Shown here: positions 1 to 10,771 of the stretch, piece by piece
How the letters are laid out: each line of letters starts with the position of its first letter
How positions within the stretch are numbered: the stretch's first letter is position 1
NCBI GenBank assembly: GCA_900617105.1
Contig: UYFQ01000160.1
Location: forward strand, 1 to 64,000
DNA length: 64,000 nucleotides
Direction: 5' to 3'
DNA from: Hydrurus foetidus
Taxonomy: Eukaryota
The notes under the pieces: model-generated
The model's database searches: none
The model's input: only the letters and a program-made list of their open reading frames with translations
What the model was told of the DNA's origin: nothing
Program-made: the position numbers and the translations under genes

Positions 1-1730
1 TTTGATCAAATTGAATGCTCTGAGAGCTTCTATTGTCCAAGTTATTTTCTTATACTTATTATAGTTAAGAAGCAACTGATGTAACGGGTATACAACAGTA
101 GAAGCGTTTCTAACAAAGTCGTGAAAATAATTAACCAATCCTAAAAAACTTTTAAGTTGTTTAGATAGTACTGGTTTAGGAAAATCTAAGACAGTCCGTA
201 TTTTTTCTTGTGACATTCTAAGTCCATCTGCAGATAGAACTTTGCCAACATAGTCTATTTCGGCATAGCCTAGATAACACTTATTCGGTTTAAGGAATAT
301 TTTGTGTTTTCTAAAGCGTTCAAAAACAAGACGAAGTCTCGAAATGAGTTCATCAATGTCTTTACCGAAAACATTGCAATCATCGATGTACATTTCGCAT
401 ATAGAGTATATCAGACCTGCTAACACAACAGTCGTCATGATCTGTTGGAAATAGGAGGGAGCTTGTTTTGGCCCAAAGGGTAAACGAGTGAATTGATATA
501 CTCCGCAGAAAAGTATGAATGCAGTAAAAGCACGTGCAGCAAGTGTAAGTGGTGCTTGATGATAACCTTGAGTGAGGTCAAGGACAGCAAACACTTTTGC
601 TTTATGTGCACCTATTCTACGCAACATCTCACCGATGTGTGGAATAGGATGTGATTTATCTTCGGTACAATTGTTGAGATTCCGAAAATCAATACACATG
701 CGCTTAGTTCCATCAGATTTTGGAACTAGTAAAACTTGGCTATAATAAGCCGCGTTTGATTTTTCAACAATATTATGTTTTTCAAGTTTGTTAATCTGAC
801 TAAGAATGTCAGCTTGATCAACTGTTGATTTAGACCATGGAGGTTGTCTATTTCTAGGGACTCTCCATTGGTCGTCATTGACATGAAAGTCAAAAGGTGG
901 AATATCAGCAGGAGTGGCCGAAAGTTCACTGCTAAATATATCCTTGAATTCGTTTACTAGTAATCGAAGTTTATTTTTCTGATCTTCATCACCTGCTAAG
1001 TTTATTAGCGAGAGTGGGTCAGTATCAGGAAATTCATCTATCCAAGGTGAAAACGAGTCCTTGATCGAGTCGTCGATTTCATCCTCATCAGGGGCACAGA
1101 CTCAAAAAGTCTTTCAGACTCTTGTATTAGTGAAGCTAGAATAACGTGTGTTTGAGTGACTGCCGGTTTCACCTTTTGGGTTAAAGGATCGACTTTTGGG
1201 GAGCCGTCGGAGGGTAGCAAATTCTCCTTAGGCTGACAGCCACACGTTATATCCACCTGCTCAGAAGATAAAACTTCCGCTAACGGGATTGTGCTTGATG
1301 AAGCATTGGCAGATATCTGATCTGGGAATCGTGAAAACAAATTCAATTCGCGAATTGATTTACGTCCCACTATTAGATCAAATTTTGAATCGTTTAAAAC
1401 ATAAGCCGTGATTTGAAAAGTATAATGATTATTTAAATCAGGGCAAAAATAAGAAAGAGTTAAGTCTATAGTGTCAGAAATATCATAACAATGATTATCT
1501 AATCCACTACAAACTTTACACAATTTCTCTGAAGAGTTCGAAACGAATTGTGTGAAATTGAGGTTAGTTAAAATGCGGCGATGTATAAAATTGCCAGCAA
1601 AAGAGCCGGTGTCCAGGAGAGTAAAGACTCTATTACATTTTTCCTTCATAACCTCCTGTGAGAGGGGAGATATGAAGAAAGGAATAAGTTCTGGATCATC
1701 GGAAAGAATAGATGATGAATTGAGATTGCA
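1..1730 (-). CDS. pol: Gypsy-1 Pol: aspartic protease and reverse transcriptase (frameshifted, partial)
   Basis: LLDTGS and DLIVGR protease motifs in ORF 1038-1649. RT motifs RMCIDFRNLN, YIDD and LKSFLGLVNYF in 1-1000. Confidence 0.9.
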
Positions 1731-1737
1731 TAGTTGC

Positions 1738-3090
1738 TCACCCTTGTGCTTCTTCGCTGGGTTTGTCGAGTCTGCTGTTGAAGTAGCAGGTTTTGACGAA
1801 GAGGAAGAGGAGGAAGAGGAGAGACGATGAAGAAGAGGTCGATGGCTTAGGTAAAGTTGGGATAAACTTAGCCTTTGAATCGACTTTCAACAACTGCTTA
1901 TGACCCTCAGAGTTAATGTAGGGTGTCTGAGTACTATTATAGTACGGAGACATAGTGTAGAAACACGTGGCGACGAAATGGCCTAATCTCCCACAACCTG
2001 TGCACAGAGGTCTTTCGAATTTATCAGACTTGTCTGATTGCACAGATTGCTCGTCCTCTCGTGGACGTTTTTTGATTTTGTCCTGAGAGGAACGAGGAGG
2101 AGCTTTGATTTGGCGAGAGTGATCACCATACAAAGGAGAGACATCAATGAACCGTAAGGCATCAATTGATTCTCGTAGCTTAGCAAGCTGCGCAAGCTAT
2201 ACGAATCGAAAGTCTTCGATTGTAATGAGTCTTGGCGTTGTATTGTTAAGACTACGCTGTAACACTGCTCTCCAATTGATAGGTTCGACAGGCAACTTAT
2301 CGATTAGAATTTTGGTTGCCTGAAGTTGGAGAGCGGGTGTTGCATCAGGGAATCCATCAACAATATCAGCTAAAAGCTGATCTGTCTTGTCTTCCACTGA
2401 TTTATTCTTCAGGTCGAATTGAAGTGCGACCTGAGAAACAGTTTCAATGAAACTCAGCTTGTCAGTTCGATTGACAGCTGATGTAGGAACTGTGAGATTG
2501 AGTTCTCTACAGAACAATTGATTCGACCAATGTTTCCAATTGTTACAGGAGTCGCGACGATCGGGATCAGTCGCAAACTTACGCTTGAGAAGCGTTGTAA
2601 ACGATTGATGGTTGGAAACATGGACTACGTCAACTGGTTTAAATGGAGTTCCATTTGAAAGGAGGACTTCCATTACCCGTAGTACTTCCTGACGAGAGGG
2701 CACGGCGCTCAACTTAGGAGCTCTCTCACCCGTTTGCACATATTGCTGGGGTGGTGCCATCGTCCGGAATAGGATTCTCAGCTGAAGCTGGTGTCGCAGC
2801 CGAAGCTGGTGTCGCAGCCGAAGCTGGTTGTAACGACAAAGCGTTCAATGCAGAAATGACAGGGCATCAATGGCAGACATGACCGCAGGCTCCGAATTCC
2901 GCTGAGGAATCGGTGCAGACAGGTCGCCGGCGGGGTCCTGAGCCGCAGGTGGCCCAGGAAAATCTGCATCTGCTCGTCGTTGGTTATGCTCATCATGACG
3001 TTGTCGGAAAGCGACGGCCACAGCTCGAGGCTGCTGTCGTCGGAGGGCGTTGATGGAGCTAGTCTTCTTCTCCTGGCGTCGTACTGCCAT
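1738..3090 (-). CDS. gag: Gypsy-1 Gag (frameshifted pieces)
   Basis: ORF pieces 2845-3210, 2197-2760 and 1738-2133 lie between the LTR and protease. C-terminal CX2CX4HX4C knuckle; short 18-bp tandem repeat near 2783-2830. Confidence 0.8.
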
Positions 3091-3220
3091 AATGTTGGCG
3101 TTGCGGGTAAAGTTGGAGGAGGAGACAGATGGAAAGAGGGAGGAGAAAAAATTTTTCTCGGATTGAACTTTGACGAAACTTTGATGGAAGTAACTTTGGT
3201 GAATGACCAAATATCGATAT

Positions 3221-3483
3221 TATGGCTCTGATCGGGACCTAGGACGATGGCACCGAAGTTGGTAGGACAGAGGGCGGGACACGGAGGGACGAAGGAAAGC
3301 GACGTTGTTAGGATAACGTTGTGATTATAGTTTACAGTTAAAGGATAGGTGATGTACAGTCTCCTAACAAGGCGGGAGTTCTATGTAGAACTAAGACCCA
3401 AAACTGGAATCTGGGCGTATTGTACCTATTGTACCTAGTTAACCTAGACACATTGTATCCACCTAGGGATGCATAAGGCTACA
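3221..3483 (-). repeat. Gypsy-1 putative 5' LTR
   Basis: Begins TGTAGC exactly where the MULE ORF is cut. Ends GAGCCATA followed by a palindrome, the same layout as the Gypsy-2 5' LTR end (GAGCTATA plus palindrome). The partner LTR is outside the window, so the inner boundary is inferred. Confidence 0.7.
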
Positions 3484-4711
3484 CTCCATCCACAATAAGC
3501 ACCCAATTATCGTATTTGAAGAACGGGTGCAAATCGAACAGAACATCCATTTCATATATGAAAGTGACAGTGTCTTCATTTGTAATCGCAGATGCAACAA
3601 CGACGAAGGCCTCATGGCCAGGAGTAAGTAATGTTATAAATGACCACTTCCTGATACCACTCTGTGGAGAAGTAATTCCAAATGTCACGTCCGAGACAGC
3701 CACATTGAACTGTAGCTGATTCTTGGAAGCATTAGGTGGCAACCACTGTGGATCGTGAAAGCTTATGGCCTTGATCGTGTCATTTTCTTCGTCGTAAAGT
3801 ATACGATGAGGAAGGTCCTGATCTCTGATACTCTTCAAAAACTCTTGTAGAGAGTCGGTGTTGTTACTTGCGGAAAATCCGGAGGATTTCTAAGCGCTCG
3901 TGATAATGCTCTTAGAGTAAGATGCGGGGGAAGGGGGGGGGGGAACATACTTGACCTGGGGTATTGATTAAACTTAAGATTATCAATCGCATCGTCACAA
4001 ACTCCAAAAGTAAGAGCATTGAACTTGGAAACAAACCTAAGGCAAATCCAGTAACACCACTCTTAATAAGTGATCGTTCAATTTGTTTTTTGGCCGCTGC
4101 AGGTATCGTACCATAATCACTTAGCAAGTCCACTACACTCGATACGATGGAGGTCCTCTTCGATGGAGATAAACCATTGTTGAACACAGACCCATCATTA
4201 CCCAAATCAGTGTTAGGAAGGCAAAGTTCGGCATGAGTGTCATTGCATGTAACCTCTCCAGTGCTGAATATAGTGAACGATGCTTTACATTTGCATTTTG
4301 AAGATATTCTTCCCTTGCGATGTATCAATTTGATAACTTGAGTCCCTGATCGAGAACACACTCCTCGATAAGCACGGACGTCATCCTTCGAGGTGTGACC
4401 GCTTTTTGTTGACCACCTCCTCTGGTCTTGCGTGCTGCACAAGTGCAAGAATAAATTTTGAACAGTCTTCATATTGTTCTCACTGATCTGATTTAGTTCG
4501 CATCCGTGAAAAATGGTACATGGCGATCGAGTAAGCAGAGTTTTGCTTTCAGTAAACAATTGTAGAGCATCGTTAATTCTTTTTTTGGCCTCCTCGAATT
4601 GAGAGATGCCGATATCTGTTTCATCAATCGGAGCGGCGGCTTCAGAGATCTCCTTGATCGAAGAAAATGAAAGAACGCTCTGTAGTAAAGTCAGAGAACT
4701 GAGGAAGTTGT
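3484..4711 (-). pseudogene. Mutator/MULE-like transposase remnant, interrupted by Gypsy-1 and Gypsy-2
   Basis: FAR1/WRKY-like zinc domain (CSRSG...SKCKCKASF...H..C) in 3912-4559. MULE catalytic-like segment SDVTFG...NEDTVTF...LIVDG in 3479-3838. Upstream flank resumes at 10564 after the CTGA TSD. Confidence 0.7.
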
Positions 4712-4715
4712 CTGA

Positions 4716-4910
4716 TGTGGTAGTTCCGGGTCCAAGGTCCCGATCCTACCGGATAGTACTACGGTACACTACCCACCGTACACTACAGTCTGTTGTATCG
4801 TCGTAGCCATTTACAGCCTCCACGTAGAAGTTAACCCTAGCTTCTAGCACCTGCTGTAACTAACTACAATCTCTAGCCTTCCATCTCTTCCTTTCTCCAT
4901 CCGAGCTATA
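4716..4910 (+). repeat. Gypsy-2 5' LTR
   Basis: Direct repeat of 10368-10563; starts TGTGGT and ends GCTATA. Confidence 0.9.
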
Positions 4911-6369
4911 ATAGCGCTATTCCCGCTCATCCCTCTTCGCTTCTTCTTCTAAAAATCTACTCGGCCAATCTTTAGATAGACTTCCAACGGAGTAGATATA
5001 CTCCACGACTTCCGAGGAGTCGTTTTCTCGCTGAGCCCGAAGCTCCGAGAACTTAGTTTAAGTTTACGGATGTTTGGCATAGCCACTTCCCTCTTGGAAC
5101 CCTCCGAAAGGTCTTTCCAAAAGTTCGTTTCTGGTCGAAGTCGCGAGAGCCTTCCCAACTCGAAATTAAGGAGTTCTCTGTTTGCAATTTGGACACCGGT
5201 TCCATTGCTAGCGACATCAGATTAGTTTAAGGACGTCTTTTGGTCAACAGGAAGTTCTTCCTTCATCCTTAACAGGACTCAAAAATTTCGCCACCCAAAA
5301 ATTCGGCTTTCGCGCCATAGAATTTTTCTCGAGAAGAGTCGGTTGAAATTCAATTCTTCGCTGTTACTTGTGTAAAGTACCCAGTAAGCAAACGAGGCGA
5401 AGCTCTCGCAATTTTTTTTGACGAGGGGCTTCTGTCTTCGATGAGTTACAATCATATTTCTCCAAAGAGATATATCATTGTGTCAGCAGGTGATTTCTGC
5501 TTGTCTTTTGACAGAAGATACAAAGAGAATTCGGAGGCGGACACGATCACCCCTCTGCATAATTGTCTCTCACATCCTAGAGAATCGTTTGCAACGATTA
5601 CTCGATAAAAGCGATATCATCATGCAGAGTTATGGACTCAGCGCGACATCGTAGTTTGCGACTGATTTTCATCAGTTTTTCACCTAAATAAGGTCAAAAC
5701 CTCTCGCTAGATGCACTCACGTCGTGGTAACATGAATCGCACATTCAGAACACTTATATCGCGCGCGTTAGTGATATCTTGATGAATAAAAATAATATCT
5801 TGACAGATTCTACACCCATTGAATATTCGGGGTTCGACTCCCAATAGGGGTGGGTCATCGTTTAGTATATTTGCAAAATAAAATGTTATTTCGCAGATTT
5901 TAAGATTGTTCTTCAGAATGTAATCTCATCAAATCAACGTCAGAATTGACGATTGCACACAAAAGGTTTTTAAAAAAAAAGAAAAAAGAAATTTTTGAAA
6001 AAGATACTTCTCAGAGTATACTGCTGATAACAAATTGCCAGGCAATATTCAAAAGTGGAATGGCTTCGCCTCACAATCTTCGTTTTCATGTTGCTTAAAG
6101 CTGAGTGCTGAAGCGAAACAATATTCCGCGGGAATACATTGAACTCAATAGGCTCTCGTACGTTCGATCCTGTTAATATGATTCAAAAATAAAATAAGAA
6201 AAAAAATAAAAGAATCTGATCATGGAAATCTCAAAAAGCTTTATGCTGAAAAATTGCTATGCAATATTAAAAAAAAATCGAACAAACTAATGTGATATTC
6301 TAGGGAAATGATACATATGCATACATATATTTGTTTATATATCTACATCAGGCTCTCGTTCGTTCGATC

Positions 6370-9300
6370 CTGCCTTTGACTTCAACATTTCTTTAAATTT
6401 GGCCACGGCCAAACTTCATTCTTATGAGGGTGAATGTCATACTATCCTGTTAACCTTGCGAGTTAATAGGAACACGGATATCGAACTTTTGTTAAGTCGT
6501 ATAACTGTAAATAATTATGATTTCATGTCATTGACACCTTTTACTTTTAGTATCTCTCATGAGCTCCGTGCTGAGAACAAAAGGAAATGTGACACTCGTC
6601 GGCGCGAGTTTGAAGAAAGGGAAGCGATAGCCAAGCTTGACCCACTTCATTGGCACAAATATACTAGGCGTATGATATCCGAGGGTTTCGAACCCGAGGA
6701 ACCTGAGTTATAGTCAATCACCCCAACCTATGATTTGTTGAAGGGTATCACACAGACTGAACTCGCTCGTTAAAGAGAGCCATACGGTCTATGCCCAAAG
6801 CCAAAACCTAAGAAGGCCATTTTGCACGCACCTTTAACCAAGGAAGTCGTGAGGTCAGGTTGTCATACAACGTTCACGTGTAGCGTTACCCAGGTTGGTT
6901 CCGAGGGAGTCGCGACCCAAAGTCCATGTGGTGATGTGGGTTGTTAGCGACTGGCTAGTGTCACGACTAGACTCGCAAAACGTACGGGTGATACCCCGCA
7001 CCTAGGTGGTGACTCGATTCCCACCCTCACACATACCTCTGGGGACTCTGTTACATCAGACTATGACGTGGAAGCCTTATGGCCAAGCGGTGTCGCACTC
7101 TCCGTTGACGAGATTGACAATTACAACACTGGCACTTCCGCACCTTTCTTGCGTGACAAGACGTGCCGGAATGTACCGCCTAACGGGCCGGATGATTTTG
7201 TCTTGGATTCATTTTTAGGGAGATGAAAGCCTTCAAGAATGAACTTTGTACTCTCTGTTCTCATCACTCTGATATTTTCAGTGATTAGCTGGCCCCGCAA
7301 GCTGCTGATCTCAAATCGTTTGAGATAAATCTCAGAAATGGGAGGTTTCATCGAACCCCAATCCTCCAAAAGGAACATTACCTCCGCACTTCAATCGAAG
7401 AAATGTTGGAGGATGATGTGATCAAGAGGTCGAACACTGCATACCACAGTCATCCGGTAATGGTAAATAAGACAGCCGATACGTATCGAAACCTGCATCG
7501 ACTATCGTGCACTCAATGAATACATTGAGTCGGCCTCCTTTCCCCTAGTAAATATCAAACACCTCTTCGAGAGGATCGGTAACAAAAAACCCGAATATTT
7601 ACGGAGTGATGGATTTAACCGCGGGTTATCACCAAGCACCTCTGTACACACCCCACCGAATCTATACGGCATTTATATGTTTCATGGGGGTGTTTCAGTT
7701 CACGAGATTGTCTTTTGGCCCTCGTCGATCCCCCTCTTTCTTTCAGGAGCAGATGGTGACAATGGTCCTTTACGGTCTTATATACAACTGTTGCGAGATG
7801 TATCTTGATGATTGTATTGTATATGGCTGGGGCAAAGCAGAGTTTCTCAAGAATCTGCGCAGCGTTTTTGAAAGATTTCGACTTAAGAATCTTAGGCTCA
7901 AAGCAAAAAAATGCAAATTCGGTCTCAAATGTCGAATACGTGGGACGAGTCATAGACAAAGATGGGTTATCCATGTCTAAGGAGAAGATTGAGACAGTAC
8001 TCAACTTCCCACTTCCTAAAGAAGTAACATCCCTTCGTAGATTTCTTGGCTTAGCCAACTATTTTCGTCAATTTGTACCGATTCATTCGGGCATTGTCAA
8101 ATCACTTCAAACGATGGTGGACACAACGGCACTTAAACGTTCCCCCATATATTGGACCCCCGAGGGGACTTTAGCATTTAATGAGACTAAAATCGCGGTA
8201 TCGCGTTGTCCTTTAATGTACTTCATCAATGATGATTCACCCATCAGATTATATACTGATGCATCCGAATATGGTATCGGTGGTGTACATTTCCAAATTG
8301 TCAACACCGTGTGGAGACCAATTGCCTTTATAAGCAAATCTCTATCGGCAACGCAAATTAATTGGTCGACAATACAGAAAGAAGCTTATGCTATCTTTTT
8401 CTGTTGCCAACAACTCGATTATCTCATTCGAGACCGCAAATTCACTATTCATACTGACCATATGAATTTGACTTATATGAAACAAAACCCTACTTCGATG
8501 GTAGCACGGTGGTTCATCGCAATGCAAGAACTCGATTTCACCGTTCATTTTGTTAAAGGATCGGATAACGAATTAGCCGATGCGCTGTCACGATTATGTC
8601 CAAACCTTACTGAGATTGCTCTGCCGATGACAATCACCAGAGATGTTTTAAAATCATCATCTTCATCTTCTTCAACAAGTGTGGCGGCTTTAACGGTTTT
8701 CGAACCGGCCACAGATGAACAAATACTTCATATTCAAATGTGCCACAATGCAATTGTTGGTCACAACGGGGTCGACCGTACCCTCACTCGACTGTACAGT
8801 CTAAACCAAGTGTGGAAAAATATGAAACAGCACGTACGTTCGTACATACGTAACTGCCCCTGTTGTCAAAAACTAAGTGCGGTTGATGCGAAAATCAATG
8901 CGGCTCATTTTTCAACTTCCACTCACGCAATTTTCGATACGTTAAATATTGACTATGTGGGTCCCTTCCCCGATAAGGGGTATATCCTCGTCATAATTGA
9001 CGCCTTCTCCAGGTGGACAGAAATGTTCTGGTGTAAGGATGCTAATGCTGGAGCAGAAAGTTTATTAACACATTTTGGTCGATTCGGCTCGCCAAACATG
9101 ATAAGATCGGATTGTGGATCCCATTTCACTAATGATCCCATGAAAGATTTCTTAGATCTTACGGGTACATCCCACAACCTCACTCTATCTTACTCCTCTC
9201 AGGAGAATGCGATTGTTGAACGAGTCAACAAAGAGATAAATAGACATTTAAAGGGACTGGTATTTGATACACCATCTCTTGTCCATTATGCAAAATGCAT

Positions 9301-9990
9301 TCCGTTCTTACAACGAATTATTAAAAGTTCAATTAATAAACGTACGGGTGCAAGTCCAGCATCTATCCTATTCGCGGATAAACTTGATTTGAATCGAGGG
9401 ATTTTAACACCTCATTTGTTACCAATGGTATCATCTTCAAATTCAACATACATCACTGATCTAATCGAAATATAGGACAAGGTCCTTGATGCGGCGATCG
9501 ATTCGCTTCAAAAATGTGATGAAAAGCACAAAAAGTCAAAACCGGTTTGACAGTGTTGCCTATAGGTTCATATGTTTTGGTAAAACAAGAACACCCTCCA
9601 ACTCGATTACACACTAAATGGAAAGGTCCTTTCCGTGTTGTATCCTTTGAAGGATCCGAGTATGTTCTCGGGAACTTAGTTACACATAAACACAATAGTG
9701 TACATGTGAAGAATCTTAGGATATTCAATTATGACCCTTCGATGGGCTTACCTGCTGATACAGCACGTCGCGATTACATGGAGTATTTCGTTGAGAAAGT
9801 TCTTAATCACTCGGGTGATAAAAAGAAACCGACTACGATGTCGTTCCATGTGAAATGGCTCAACTATGATGACTCACATAATACATGGGAGCCTTGGAAG
9901 AATCTCCAGCTCTGTGCACACTCCATGTATACTTGAGGAACAATAACATGTCGCGTTTTGTTCCCAGGAATCTTGAGGGATCAACCACCG
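6370..9990 (+). pseudogene. pol: Gypsy-2 Pol: C-terminal half of protease, RT, RNase H, integrase, chromodomain
   Basis: 6399-6560 aligns by eye to the C-terminal half of the Gypsy-1 protease. Motifs: MDLTAGYHQ, MYLDD, LYTDASEYGIG, KEAYA, TDH, HHCC zinc motif, IDYVGP/SDCG/ERVN, WKGPF, and chromodomain YFVEKVLNH...VKWLNYDDSHNTWEP. Several stops and frameshifts. Confidence 0.93.
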
Positions 9991-10342
9991 AGGTTTGAGC
10001 TCAAACGTATTATCTTTTGAAGATTTTTTGGCCTAATTTTTGCCCTCACGAGGGATTTTTATGGTTTTTAGTCAGTAAAAATCTGACATAATTACGTTTG
10101 ACCCTCGTACAACAGAACGATTCTGTTTTGTACATACTCCTTATTCTTATCTTTCTCACAATTTCCGAAACCCCTTCGAAGTTTCTTTTGTATATACTTG
10201 TACATTTGTATTTATGGTACATATTGTACATAGTTTTTGATTTTCGGTTTCCGTTATCATTTATGTTATTCGTCAAATATTGGTATTTTCAAACAAAGAA
10301 ACGGGGGTTTTGCCATAGTTTAGTGTAGTTTAGATTTTCTTT

Positions 10343-10367
10343 GAGAAAGAAAGATAAGTGCGGGTAG
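10343..10367 (+). promoter_or_regulatory. Polypurine tract of Gypsy-2
   Basis: GAGAAAGAAAGATAAGTGCGGGTAG directly before the 3' LTR. Confidence 0.75.
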
Positions 10368-10563
10368 TGTGGCAGTTCCGGGTCCAAGGTCCCGATCCTA
10401 CCGGATAGTACTACGGTACACTATCCACTGTACACTACAGTCTGTTGTATCGTCGTAGCCACTTACAGCCTCCACGTAGAAGTTAACCCTAGCTTCTAGC
10501 TTTCCTGCTGTAACTAACTACTACTTTTAGACATCCCCTCTTCCTTACCCATCCAGAGCCACA
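10368..10563 (+). repeat. Gypsy-2 3' LTR
   Basis: TGTGGC...GCCACA perfect terminal inverted repeat; followed by TSD CTGA. Confidence 0.93.
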
Positions 10564-10771
10564 CTGACAAGTAAAGATTGTAGGCTCGGATATGAGTTAA
10601 TCAAGAACTAAAATTTTGGTCTGGCCATTTGGCCTGAAACGTTGGCCTGGAACGTTGGCCTGGTTGTTCGCTCCCGGATTTTGACGATGGTCAGAATCAC
10701 AGAAATTTTGACACGGTAATTGCCAACGGGAACTGCTAACTTTATGTTCGGAGACTGAATGACCTAAGACC

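Larger units (their letters stand above)
1..3483 (-). mobile_element. Ty3/Gypsy LTR retrotransposon Gypsy-1, 5' part (runs off the window start)
   Basis: On the minus strand: putative LTR, gag with CCHC knuckle (CTGCGRLGHFVATC), protease (LLDTGS), RT (MYIDDC near 375-395, preceded by DLTQGYHQ and PFGPK). Its start truncates the neighbouring MULE ORF at 3483. Confidence 0.93.
4716..10563 (+). mobile_element. Ty3/Gypsy chromovirus Gypsy-2, two LTRs, internally degraded, no recognisable gag
   Basis: LTRs 4716-4910 and 10368-10563; 4-bp TSD CTGA at 4712-4715 and 10564-10567; purine tract before the 3' LTR; RT-RNase H-integrase-chromodomain order. Confidence 0.95.

Noticed and set aside
5770..5860. 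tRNA gene
   Set aside because: Only a T-arm-like hairpin; no D arm, anticodon arm or A box.
6100..6125. Hammerhead ribozyme core (CTGA...GAAAC)
   Set aside because: Does not fit CUGANGA, and no supporting stems I and III are visible.
7615..8058. Antisense ORFs overlapping pol and gag genes (also 42008-42484, 27041-27445, 56778-57146)
   Set aside because: Shadow frames of real coding or low-complexity sequence, with no independent motifs.
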